A stretch of 64,000 nucleotides of DNA, taken from positions 3,462-67,461 of the forward strand of contig VBOT01000053.1 in the NCBI GenBank assembly GCA_005893225.1. Direction: 5' to 3'. Position 1 is the stretch's first letter. Every line of letters starts with the position of its first letter. This document shows, one piece after another, positions 1-10,156 of the stretch. A model generated the notes under the pieces. The model made no database searches. It saw nothing but the letters and a program-made list of their open reading frames with translations, and was not told where the DNA came from. Position numbers and translations under genes: made by a program. This DNA is from Candidatus Eiseniibacteriota bacterium (GTDB taxonomy: Bacteria > Eisenbacteria > RBG-16-71-46).

Positions 1-42
1 CGCCAGTTTCAGGACACGCTTCACCACCGTTGATCGATTCAT
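1..42 (-). CDS. 5' end of a gene running off the window (MNRSTVVKRVLKLA...), possibly a signal peptide
   Basis: Minus-strand ATG at 42 preceded by GGGGA; frame is open to the window edge; basic N-terminus. Confidence 0.4.
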   Translation of the reverse strand, partial: MNRSTVVKRVLKLA

Positions 43-652
43 GGAAATGTCCCCGACGCAGGTGCCGCCCCGACCTGCCGGCTGGAAGTCGTACGTAACC
101 CAGGCCGACCGACACGGAACGGGAGCACGCGATGTCCGATGCCGGTCACGCTCGGCGGCCCACCGGATCCCGGCGGCGTGCCGGGGGCCGAGGCGGCCTC
201 GGCCGACGCGAGGCAGACGCCTCGCGTCGCGGGAGGAACTTAGGGGAGAAGGCGCAGACCTGCGCCCGAAGCCCTAGTTCACCTGCGCGTGAACACGGCG
301 GACACAGATCTCCCTTCGCATGGCGTGGCCTGACAGGAACGTGGCTCGCAGACGCAAGCCGTTGGGCAGTATCGGCTTCCTCCGGCGGGGCTGTCAACTT
401 CGAACCGGGTCCTCGACGTATCCCTCCGCGAGCGGGGCCCGCTCGCTCCGAGGAAGGTCCCGAGAAGATCGCCACGCGAGGGCCTGGGCGACTTCTCTTC
501 CGCCTAATACCAGCCAAACCGCAGTCAGTAGCATTCGATACTAAATTCGCAATGTTATATACTATTGATAATTGCGTCGATCGTAGGCTGGGCGGGGAGC
601 GCATCCCATCGATGTTCCCATCCGGCAAGACGTTCGAACGAGGAGGTCGACC

Positions 653-3600
653 ATGCCGCGCGTGCCACGCACCACCTTCGGGCGGAACCCAACCCCCTTC
701 GTCCTTCCTAGGTCACGGAGCCTGTCGGTCGCCTGGGGAGCCGCCCTTGCCGCCCTGCTCATCGGTGTCGCCTGGAATCTCGCCGCCGCCCCTCCCCCCC
801 TCGACCCCATCACATCGTCGTCGTCATGGAGAACCGGCCCTACGACAAGGTCGTGAACCAGCCCTATATCTCGAGCCTGATCGCGAACGGCGCCGTGTTC
901 ACGAACTCGTTCGCGCTCCTCCATCCGTCCCAGCCCAACTACATCGCGCTCTGGTCCGGCAGCACCCAGGGATGCGTGAACGACGTGTGCCCGGTGCCGG
1001 GCTCCCCCTTCACCACCGAGAACCTCGGCCACGCCTGCGAGGCCGCGGGTCTCAGGTGGCGCGCCTATTCCGAGGACTTGCCCTGGGCGGGCTCGGACAC
1101 CTGCCGGGCCAACAACCTCTACGCCCGGAAGCACGACCCCTGGGCGGATTTCGCGAACCTCAACCACGCCAACGAGCGTCCCTACACCGATCTCGCCGTC
1201 GACATCGCCAACGGCGCGTTGCCGGACCTGGCGTTCGTGATTCCCAACCTCTGTAACGACATGCACGACTGCTCGACGGCTCAGGGCGACACGTGGCTCG
1301 CGGGCAACGTTCCGGCCATGCTCGCCGCGCTGGGCCCGAACGGCCTGCTCGTGCTCACCTGGGACGAGGCCGACCATTCGCCCGGCAACCACATCCTCAC
1401 CGTCTTCTGCGGCCAGCCGGTGAAGCGCGGGTTCGCCAGCGCGGACACGGTCAACCACTACACGCTGCTGCGGGCGATCTGCGAGGGCCTCGGTCTAACG
1501 CCATTCATGGCCGCGGCGAGCGAACGGCCGATCGCCGGCGTATGGGCCGATCGCAACCTCGTCACCAACCCGTCCTTCGAGTCCTCCACCGCCGGATGGA
1601 ACGCCTACCACGGCGCCACCATCGCGCGCGTCCCGGGCGGGACCGACGGAGCCTACGCGCTCGAGATCCAGGGCCCCGCCAACACCGGTCCGTTCGGAGT
1701 CAACGACGCCCCCAACTGGGTGAGCCCGGTGGCCGCGGCCGGCGCCCGCTACCGCTGCACCGCCTGGGTCCGGTCCGCCACCGGCACGGGCAATGCCCAA
1801 ATCCAGGTCCGGGAGTTCGTGAGCGGAGTGCAGAAGGGAACCATGTTCCGCTCGCCGGCGGTGCCGCTGTCATCCGCCTGGCAGATGATCGCCACCGATT
1901 ATGTCGTCGCGAATCCCGGCACCACGCTCGACCTCCAGGTGATCGACGTTCCCGTGACGCCTGGCGAGGTGTTCCAGGCTGACGCCGTCTCGATCTACCT
2001 CGCCGGCACCGACCGGGCACCGGTGGTCACCGCGCCGGCCGTGACCGGCGCCGAGGGCTCGCCCATCACCGTGAACGTGACCGCCGTGGACCCGGACAAG
2101 AATCCGATCGGCACGCTCTCCGCCGACCTCTCGGCGCTGCCTCCGGGCAACAACGCGACCTTCGTTCCCGGCCCGGGCAATACCACGGGAACCCTGACCT
2201 GGACTCCGAGCTTCGCCGACGGGGGCCGTTCCTATCCGGTGTCGTTCACGGCCGGCAACGCTCTCACGGGCTCGACGCTCACCACCCTCACGATCGCCAA
2301 CGTGAATCGGCGGCCCCAAGCGTCTCTGGCCGTCGCCCCGGCGACCGGGGTGGCCCCGCTCGCGGTGAGAGCCGACGCCTCCGCCTCGACCGACCCCGAC
2401 GGGCCGCTCGCGAGCTACACGTTCGACTTCGGCGACGGCACGGTGGTCGGCCCGCAGAGCTCCCCGGTCGCGACGCACACCCTTGCTCCCGGAGGGTGGA
2501 CCGTCACGCTCGGGGTGAACGATGGCGAGGGCGGCACGGGCAGCGCCTCCATGCCCGTCACCGCCTACCCCAACCTGGTCGAGAATCCTTCGTTCGAATC
2601 TTCGACCGCGGGATGGAAGGCCTCGAGCGGCGTCACCCTCACGCGCGTTCCCGGCGGCTACGACGGCGCCTGGGCGCTCGAGGTTCAAGGCCCTCAGACC
2701 CTCACCATCTTCGAGGTCAACGACGCCCCCAACTGGGTGAACCCCGTGGCGGCGCCGGGGAGCCGCTACCGGTACACCGCCTGGGTACGCTCCGCCGCCG
2801 GCATCGGCAGCGCCAGGCTCAGAGTCCGCGAATTCCTGGGTGGGGTGCAGATCGGAGCCGTCGTCCGCTCGCAGGCCGTGGCGCTCTCGCCCGCCTGGCA
2901 GATGCTCACCTCGGAATTCGTGGCCACCACCGCTGGCTCGACCCTCGACTTCCAGGTGACCGACACCCCGGCCGCGCCCGGAGAAGTCTTCGATGTCGAC
3001 GCCGTCTCGATCTACCTGGCCGGAACCGACGCGGCCCCCACCGTCACCGCTCCCGGCGCGACCAGCGGCTCCGCGGGCACGCCGATCACCGTGAGGGTCA
3101 CCGCCTCGGACCCCGATGGCGATGCGATTCGCTCGCTGGTCGCCGACCTCTCCAGTCTGCCGCCGGGCAACGACGCGACGTTCACGCCCGATCCGAGCAA
3201 CACCTCGGGGAGCCTGACCTGGACGCCGGACCTCGCCGACGCCGGCAGGTCCTACTCCGTGACCTTCACCGCTTCCAATCCGCTCTCGGGCTCGGCCGTC
3301 ACGATCATCTCCGTCACGCGACCGAATCACCTTCCGATCGCGGCGCTCTCCGTGACGCCCCCCGCCGGCGTGGCGCCGCTCGCGGTCACCGCGGACGCGT
3401 CGGCCTCGACCGATCTCGACGGGCCGCTCGCAAGCTACGCGTTCGACTTCGGCGACGGCACGGTGGTCGGGCCGCAGGGCTCGCCGGTCGCCACCCACAC
3501 CTTCGCGCCGGGCGTCTGGAGGGTCACCCTCCGCGTCGACGACGGCGATGGCGGCAGCGATTTCGCCACGGCGTCCGTCACCGCGTACCGCAATCTGGTG

Positions 3601-4440
3601 ACGAACCCCTCGTTCGAGACATCGACCACCGGCTGGAACGGCTACGCCGGCGCCACCGTGGCGCGCACCCTGGGCGGTCATTCGGGAGCCTTCGCGCTGG
3701 CGGTCAAGGGCCCCGACACGACCACCGTGTTCGGGGTCAACGACGCTCCCGACTGGGTCAGCCCGGTTGCCGGCGCGGGCACTCGCTACCGTTTCGCTGC
3801 CTGGGTGCGTTCCGGCGGGGAGACCGACGGCAGCGCCGGGCTCCAGATCCGCGAGCTCCTGAACGGAGTCCAGCAGGCCCCCACGCTGCGCTCACCGGCG
3901 GTCCCGCTGTCGGCCGCCTGGCAGATGCTCACCGTCGATTACGTGGCGACGACAGCCGGGTCGAACCTCAACTTCCAGGTGATCGATTACCCGGTCGCGC
4001 GGGGCGAGACCTTCCTCACCGACGACATCTCGATCGTGATCGCTCCGGACGCCGCGACGGCCGCCGCGGCAGGGCGCGACTCGCGGGAGGAGAGCGGCGA
4101 GAGACCGGCGGCACCGACGTCGGCCGGCCCGCTCGGCTCACAAGAGGGCTGGGCAGGCCCGGAAGAGGCGTTCCGGGCCTCGGTCTCTCCCAATCCGTTC
4201 CTCTCCGGCGGCGCGCTGAGCTTCGGGATGCGCCGGGCCGGGCCGGTGCGTGCCCAGGTCTTCGATGTGCGCGGCCGATGCGTGCGGACCCTGATCGACG
4301 GGGACTGGCCCGCGGGACGTCAGATCATCGCGCTCGATGGTCGGGACGATCGGGGCGCGATGCTCCCGGCCGGGGTGTATTACTACCGCGTGCGCACTGC
4401 CGAAGGATCGCAGACGGGGCGGTTCCTGCTGCTGAGGTAG
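653..4440 (+). CDS. Secreted phosphoesterase/acid phosphatase with 3 CBM4/9-like repeats, Ig-like and PKD domains, and a FlgD-Ig-like C-terminal tail; frameshift near 794-800
   Basis: ORF 826-4440 has VVVMEN, HPSQPNYIAL, YARKHDPW, PNLCNDMHD and TWDE motifs, NLVxNPSFE repeats, YxFDFGDG PKD motifs and a PNPF...GVYYYR tail. The signal peptide with RBS GAGGAGG is in ORF 653-856, in a different frame. Confidence 0.8.
1555..4040 (+). repeat. Intragenic tandem duplication of about 1020 bp units (CBM-like + Ig + PKD)
   Basis: Near-identical DNA at 2401 and 3421 (gggccgctcgc.agctac.cgttcgacttcggcgacggcacggtggtcgg); three NLVxNPSFE...GVND/EVNDAPxWV modules. Confidence 0.9.
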
Positions 4441-4574
4441 AGCGTCACCATCGCCTGACGATCGCCTCGCGCTTCTTTCACTCGCGCTTCTTTCTCTTGC
4501 GTCGCGCTCAGCCCGTGCACTAGCGTGGCGATCCGGCTCCCGTGCCTCCTTCACCCGCCCCGCACGGGACGCCC

Positions 4575-6995
4575 ATGCATCATCCTCGCCTCTCGCTCGC
4601 CGCCCTCGCGCTCGGGATCTTCTTCGCTCGCTCGGCCCCTGCCCAACCCCGACCACAGCTCGTCGTCCAGCTCGTCCCCGCGGCCCGCCCGGCCCAGGTC
4701 GCGGCGAGAGCCCGCGGAGCGACGTCGCTCGAATCGACCGGGCTCCTGCCGCTCCGATCGCTGGCGGAGGGCCTCCCGGTTCCCGTGTCCGCGCGCGACG
4801 GCGAAACCCGCAATCCCTTCGATCTCGATCCCGAGCGCGTCTGGCTCTTCGAGGCCCGTGACTCGGCCGCCGCCGAGGCCGCCGCACGCGCTCTGGCCGA
4901 CGATCCCGACGTCGAATGGGTCGAGCGCAACCAGCCGCGAGAACCCGCTGTCACCGCCCCCGCCTCACCCGCCGCGCCCACCGGCCTCGACCCTACATTC
5001 CCCAACGATCCCCTGTTCCGCGACTCGCGCCAGTGGGCGCTCGCGAACCGCGGGCCCTCAGGTGTCTACGGAGGGGCGGCGGGCGCCGACATCCACGCGC
5101 TGGAAGCGTGGGCTCTCTCGACCGGATCGAACGACCTGAGGCTCGCGGTCGCCGACACTGGGGTCGACCCCGATCATCCCGACCTCCAGGCTGCCGTCCC
5201 GGACGGCGGCCTCCGCATCGTGCTCGGCCTCAACGTCACGGCCGACCCGAGCTCCGGCGCGTGGGCGGATACCTACGGTCACGGCACCCCGGTCGCGGGC
5301 GTGATGGCGGCGCGCACGGGAGAAGGCGCCCACTTCGATTCGCTCGGGATCGCGGGAGTGTGCGGCGGCGACGGGCTCCTCAACGCCGGCTGCCGGATCG
5401 TGCCGATCAGGATCACCGCCGGCACGGCGAGCGGCGCGTCATCGTTCGACATCGCGCGCGCCGCGCTCTACGCCGCGGCGGTGGGCGCTCGCGCCATGAA
5501 CCTCTCGTACGCGGGCTCGGGACCGAGCCGCCTCGAGCGCGAGGCGCTCTACCACGCGCTCACGCACGGCTGCGTGGTCGTGGCGGCGGCCGGGAACCGT
5601 GGCGCGATCGGGCGCGGGGACGCGCCTCAGTACCCGGCCGCCTACGCCGCCGACGGCCTCTGCATCCAGGTCGGGGCGAGCGACTCCTTCGACCGGCGCG
5701 CGGCGTTCTCCTCGTTCGGCCCCGGGCTCGATCTCGTGGCGCCGGGGGTCGACATCTGGACCACGTCCATGCTGCATCCGAGCCCCTACGGCGCCCTCTA
5801 CGACGGCTACCTCGCGGCCTCCGGCACCTCGTTCGCGGCGCCGCTCGTCACCGGATCGGTGGGCCTCCTCGCCGCCGCGCGGCCCGAGTTGCTCGATACC
5901 GACTTCCAGCATCTCGTCCGCGAAAGCGCCGGCGACATCGGCCAGCCGGGCGTCGATCGCGAGACCGGATGGGGGAGGCTCGACGCCGCGGCGGCGCTCC
6001 GATCGGTCACGCCCGAGATGGGAATCTGGCACGACGAGGCCGCGGCCGAATCCCTCGCCCCGACGACACTCGATTCGCTCTCGGTGGGAGAGGCCGGCCC
6101 GGGCACGATGGACCGGGTGCGGAGCTGGCCCAGAGCGCGCCGCATCGAAGCCAGCGCCATCGTGGCGCTTCCCGATTCGTTCCTGGGGCCGGTCCGCGTC
6201 TGGCCGCGCGTGGGCGGCACCATGACCGTGCGGGGCGAGTTCCGTCTCCCCTACTTCGCCCCCTGGGCCGAGGTCGCCCGCGCCGATTCCGGCTCGTTCA
6301 CGCTGCGCGGCTACCTCTACCGCTCCGAGGACTGCGTGGAGTGCCCGGAAGACGACTTCCTCCCGCTCCCGCCCGACCAGGCGCGATTCGGGTTCACCGT
6401 GATCGGTCGCGTGGACCGGCCGCCGAGCCTCGTCCTCGCAGCTCCCGACACCGCCTACCGCGCCGCGCCCGGCGACACGCTGCGGCTCGCGTGGCGGGCC
6501 GAGGATCCGGACCAGGTCTCGGCGATGGAGGTGTGGATTGAGGGGCGAGTCGCCTCGGTGAGGCTCGCGCGCCTTCCCGGCAACGAGACGAGCGTGGCCC
6601 TGGTCGTGCCCTGCCCGGCTCCTTTCGAGGGTCCTGGGCTGCTGCGCGTCATCGCGCTCGACGAGCACGGGCATCGCGATGCCTCGTCACGCACCCGGCC
6701 GATTGAGTTGGGTGCACGTCCGTGCCCCGGGGCGCGCATGACGGCCACACGCCTTGTCACAACCCCCAACCCGTTTCGAGATGCAATATGGATCTCGGCG
6801 CCCCATACTCGATTCATAACCATCCTCGATGTTTGCGGACGGATCGTGCGCCGCACTCTCTCCGATGATTCCGTCCGCGGTTTCCAGTGGGACGGGCGTG
6901 ATGACGCCGGCCGTGGCCTCGGACCGGGGCTCTACCTGGTGCGAGCCGAGGGCGTGGGGGGATCCGTGAACCGCAAGGTGCTCAAGATTGAGTAG
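4575..6995 (+). CDS. Secreted S8 (subtilisin-like) serine peptidase with FlgD-Ig-like C-terminal tail
   Basis: Catalytic triad motifs AVADTGVD, GHGTPVAG and SGTSFAAP; signal peptide; PNPF...WDGRDDAG...GLYLV tail. Confidence 0.9.
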   Translation: MHHPRLSLAALALGIFFARSAPAQPRPQLVVQLVPAARPAQVAARARGATSLESTGLLPLRSLAEGLPVPVSARDGETRNPFDLDPERVWLFEARDSAAAEAAARALADDPDVEWVERNQPREPAVTAPASPAAPTGLDPTFPNDPLFRDSRQWALANRGPSGVYGGAAGADIHALEAWALSTGSNDLRLAVADTGVDPDHPDLQAAVPDGGLRIVLGLNVTADPSSGAWADTYGHGTPVAGVMAARTGEGAHFDSLGIAGVCGGDGLLNAGCRIVPIRITAGTASGASSFDIARAALYAAAVGARAMNLSYAGSGPSRLEREALYHALTHGCVVVAAAGNRGAIGRGDAPQYPAAYAADGLCIQVGASDSFDRRAAFSSFGPGLDLVAPGVDIWTTSMLHPSPYGALYDGYLAASGTSFAAPLVTGSVGLLAAARPELLDTDFQHLVRESAGDIGQPGVDRETGWGRLDAAAALRSVTPEMGIWHDEAAAESLAPTTLDSLSVGEAGPGTMDRVRSWPRARRIEASAIVALPDSFLGPVRVWPRVGGTMTVRGEFRLPYFAPWAEVARADSGSFTLRGYLYRSEDCVECPEDDFLPLPPDQARFGFTVIGRVDRPPSLVLAAPDTAYRAAPGDTLRLAWRAEDPDQVSAMEVWIEGRVASVRLARLPGNETSVALVVPCPAPFEGPGLLRVIALDEHGHRDASSRTRPIELGARPCPGARMTATRLVTTPNPFRDAIWISAPHTRFITILDVCGRIVRRTLSDDSVRGFQWDGRDDAGRGLGPGLYLVRAEGVGGSVNRKVLKIE

Positions 6996-8244
6996 AGCGG
7001 GCCGCCGGCCGCGACACCGCGCGCGGTCGTCCCTCCTCGCCATCGTGGCGCTGGGCGGGGCGACCGGCTGCGGCGAGCCGCACCATCTCGAGGACTGGGT
7101 CTCGGTGCGCGAGGTCACGCCCTCGTTCCTGCTCCCGATCGAGGCCTCGGACCCGGCCCTGGCCGCCGACGCTCACGGGCGCGTGGCGCTCACCTACGTG
7201 ACGGGCTCCGGAACCTCGAAGGACCTCTGGCTGTCCATCTCGCAGGACAGCGGCGTCACGTTCGCATCCGCCATGCGAATGAACGAGCGCACGGGGAGCG
7301 TCGCTTCGTTCCCCGAGGGCCGCCCGTGCGCGGCCCTCGGCCCCAGCGGCCAGATCGCCGTGGCGTGGGCCGAGCGACGCGCCGCCGACTCCTCGGCCGC
7401 CATCGTGCTGCGCGCGAGCGGGGACGGTGGCGCCACGTTCGGCCCTCCGGTCCCGCTCGGCCACGGGGAACGCCCGCCCGATTCAGCTCTCTACGGGCTT
7501 CCTTGCCTCACCTACCTTCCCGATGGATCGCTGTTCGCCGCCTGGTTCGAGGGTAGTCGTCCGGCGCGCGGACCCCGGGTCGCGTCGCTCTACGGATCGG
7601 TGAGCCCCGACGGCGGCATGACCTGGCCCGGGAGCCGCAGGCTCTCCGACGACGCATGCCCCTGCTGCCGGCCGGTGGCGCTCGGCGACGTCGAGGGACG
7701 CCTGGTGCTCGGCTACCGCCGCCGTGACGGAGACCTGCTCGATCCGGCGCTCGCGATCCTCGACGATGTGGGCCGCGTGACGCTCGACACGGTGATTTCG
7801 AACGAGCGGTGGCTGGCCGTCGCCTGTCCTGCCGAGGGGCCCGCGCTCTCGGCGAGCGGCCCGGGCTCGGGACGCTATGCCTGGTACACGGGTTCCGGGG
7901 ACGCGGGAGTCTACGTGGTCGCCTGGCGCGCCGATCGAGGAGCCGCCGGCGTGCCGCGCCGGCTGGACGACAGCCTCGCCGAGGCTCGCAGCCCGCGGCT
8001 CGCGGCGATGAGCCGGGCCACGCTGGTGGCCGTGGACGCTCGCCCCCTGCGCGACAGCAGCGAGTCGGTGATCGCGGTGCGCGTGCTCGACGAGACCGGA
8101 ACCCTCACCCCCTGGACCTTCCTCGGCGCCGAGGCCAGCGGCGGCTGGATCGCGGGCACCGATTCGCGCACCGCGCTGGCGTGCTGGATCGAGCGAGGCG
8201 GCGAAAAGGATCGCGTGAGGGTGGCGAGGCTCAGGCGGAGGTAA
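6988..8244 (+). CDS. BNR/Asp-box (sialidase-like) lipoprotein
   Basis: Lipobox-like ATGC; Asp-boxes SQDSGVTF, SGDGGATF and SPDGGMTW; CPCC and CPAEGP motifs. Confidence 0.65.
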   Translation: MSRAGRRPRHRARSSLLAIVALGGATGCGEPHHLEDWVSVREVTPSFLLPIEASDPALAADAHGRVALTYVTGSGTSKDLWLSISQDSGVTFASAMRMNERTGSVASFPEGRPCAALGPSGQIAVAWAERRAADSSAAIVLRASGDGGATFGPPVPLGHGERPPDSALYGLPCLTYLPDGSLFAAWFEGSRPARGPRVASLYGSVSPDGGMTWPGSRRLSDDACPCCRPVALGDVEGRLVLGYRRRDGDLLDPALAILDDVGRVTLDTVISNERWLAVACPAEGPALSASGPGSGRYAWYTGSGDAGVYVVAWRADRGAAGVPRRLDDSLAEARSPRLAAMSRATLVAVDARPLRDSSESVIAVRVLDETGTLTPWTFLGAEASGGWIAGTDSRTALACWIERGGEKDRVRVARLRRR

Positions 8245-8296
8245 CGCCTGGATGCACGGTCGTCCGACCGAAACGCGAGACTGATATAGTGAAGAT

Positions 8297-8491
8297 ATGA
8301 GAAGGAAACGGGTCTCTCGCCGGACGGCCCCGGGCGGCGTGGCCGCAAGACGTCTCGCCGAGGCGGAGCGGCTGTTCCAGGACTTCAGGGAGCTCACGCC
8401 CTATCGCTTCAGACCGTTCGTCCGGAGCTTCGCGAGCTTCGCCCAATACGAGCGCTGGAGACGTGCCCAGAAGAACCCCTGGTACCGATAA
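8297..8491 (+). CDS. Small basic protein, putative antitoxin partner
   Basis: 64 aa; overlaps the downstream nucleotidyltransferase; extended -10 (TGATATAGT) lies 6 nt upstream. Confidence 0.6.
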   Translation: MRRKRVSRRTAPGGVAARRLAEAERLFQDFRELTPYRFRPFVRSFASFAQYERWRRAQKNPWYR

Positions 8492-8945
8492 CCGCGTCCT
8501 GCGCCTGTGCCGACTGCTCAACCGGCATCGCGTCCGGTACCTGCTGGCCGGAGGTGTCGCGGCGAACCTCCACGGCTCCGTCCGGGCAACCAAGGACGTC
8601 GATATCCTGGTCCCCAGGGACCGGGCCAACATGGAGCGCCTTCTCGAGGCTCTCGGCGAGCTTCCCTGGGGCGTGGCCCGGGATCTGGACCCGGCCGAGG
8701 TGTCCGAGAAGGCGGTCACCATCGTGGGTGATGATCCGAGAGTGGACATTCTCACCATCGCCTGGAGCGTGACCTTCGAGCGCGCCGACCGCTCCAAGAT
8801 CGTGCGGCGCATCCAGGGCGTCCGCGTGCCGTACCTCGGACTGCGGGACCTCATCCTCTCCAAGAAGACCGGGCGCGCGAGGGACGACGCCGACATCGAA
8901 GCGCTCGAGCCGGCGCGACCGAGACGCCGGCGCCGGCGACCCTAG
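8463..8945 (+). CDS. Minimal nucleotidyltransferase (DUF6036/AbiEii-like), putative toxin
   Basis: YLLAGGVAANLHG..RATKDVDILV and LILSKK.GRARD.AD motifs. Confidence 0.8.
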   Translation: MPRRTPGTDNRVLRLCRLLNRHRVRYLLAGGVAANLHGSVRATKDVDILVPRDRANMERLLEALGELPWGVARDLDPAEVSEKAVTIVGDDPRVDILTIAWSVTFERADRSKIVRRIQGVRVPYLGLRDLILSKKTGRARDDADIEALEPARPRRRRRRP

Positions 8946-9120
8946 ATCGGCGCGAACGAGATCCGCCTCGCGAGATCTCGCTCGCAATTGCCCGTCCATT
9001 CGGCCGCATGCTAGGCTGCGCGAACTTTTTCACCGTCGGCCGGATGTCGGGCGCGGCTGGCGCGAAGGTAGGCTGCCCGACCCGCGCCAGGACGCCCGCA
9101 ACCTCACCGAGGACTCCACC

Positions 9121-10122
9121 GTGACGCTGGAAACCGGCACTTCCGACCTCAAGGCCGTCGAGGCGCTCAAGCAGGCCCGCGAGCGCATCCTCGCCGAGCT
9201 GCGCAAGGTGATCGTGGGGCAGGATCAGGTGGTGGAGCAGCTCCTCACCGCCCTCTTCGCGAACGGTCACGTGCTGCTGGTGGGCGTGCCGGGACTCGCG
9301 AAGACGCTGCTCATCTCGAGCCTCGCGCGCGTGCTCGACCTCAAGTTCAGCCGCATCCAGTTCACGCCCGACCTGATGCCGAGCGACATCACCGGCACCG
9401 ACGTGATCGAGGAGGACCAGGCCACCGGCAAGCGCACGTTCCGCTTCATCCAGGGGCCGGTGTTCGCCAACATCCTCCTGGCGGACGAGATCAACCGCAC
9501 TCCCCCCAAGACGCAGGCGGCGCTGCTCCAGGCGATGCAGGAGAAGGAAGTGACGGCGGGCGGCCAGACCATGAAGCTCACGCTCCCGTTCTTCGTGCTC
9601 GCCACCCAGAACCCGATCGAGCTCGAGGGAACGTACCCGCTGCCGGAGGCGCAGCTCGACCGCTTCATGTTCAACGTCCTGGTCGACTATCCCTCGGAAG
9701 CGGAGGAGGAGAAGATCGTCGCCGCGACCACGTCGGACTACGAGGCGCGGCTCGAGCGGGTGCTCGGCGGGGCCGATATCCTCGAGCTCCAGAAGCTGAT
9801 CCGGCGCGTCCCGGTGGCCGACCACGTGGTGCGCTACGCGGTGCGCCTGGCGCGCGCCACGCGCGGGCGCGAGGGCGCTCCCCCGTTCGTCAAGCAATGG
9901 GTGTCGTGGGGGGCGGGGCCGCGCGCCTCGCAGTACCTGGTGCTGGGCGCCAAGACGCGCGCGGTGCTGCTGGGGCGCTACGCTCCGGGCATCGAGGACG
10001 TGAAGGCGGTGGCCCCCGCGGTCCTCCGTCACCGCATCATCAGCAACTTCACGGCCGAGGCCGAGGGCATCCGCCCCGAACGCATCATCGAGGACCTGCT
10101 CCACACGGTCCCGAGCGAGTGA
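9121..10122 (+). CDS. moxR: MoxR-family AAA+ ATPase
   Basis: GVPGLAKT, RIQFTPDLMPSDITG, LADEINR, ATQNPIE and LPEAQLDRF motifs. Confidence 0.95.
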   Translation: MTLETGTSDLKAVEALKQARERILAELRKVIVGQDQVVEQLLTALFANGHVLLVGVPGLAKTLLISSLARVLDLKFSRIQFTPDLMPSDITGTDVIEEDQATGKRTFRFIQGPVFANILLADEINRTPPKTQAALLQAMQEKEVTAGGQTMKLTLPFFVLATQNPIELEGTYPLPEAQLDRFMFNVLVDYPSEAEEEKIVAATTSDYEARLERVLGGADILELQKLIRRVPVADHVVRYAVRLARATRGREGAPPFVKQWVSWGAGPRASQYLVLGAKTRAVLLGRYAPGIEDVKAVAPAVLRHRIISNFTAEAEGIRPERIIEDLLHTVPSE

Positions 10123-10156
10123 GGGGCGAGGTGCGCCCCGGCCGGCCCGGAGCCGC

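Noticed and set aside
157..170. 12-nt match (gcccaccggatc) to the amt leader
   Set aside because: Expected by chance in 64 kb of GC-rich sequence
132..1256. 374-aa ORF across the first intergenic region
   Set aside because: Low-complexity translation that crosses the AT-rich promoter and overlaps the phosphatase out of frame
1555..4040. Repeats as a possible CRISPR array or DGR template/variable repeat
   Set aside because: They are long in-frame domain duplications with no spacers, no evident adenine-specific variation, and no cas or reverse transcriptase gene in the window
4466..4494. Short direct repeat ctcgcgcttcttt twice after the phosphatase gene
   Set aside because: Only two short units and no further structure; function unsupported
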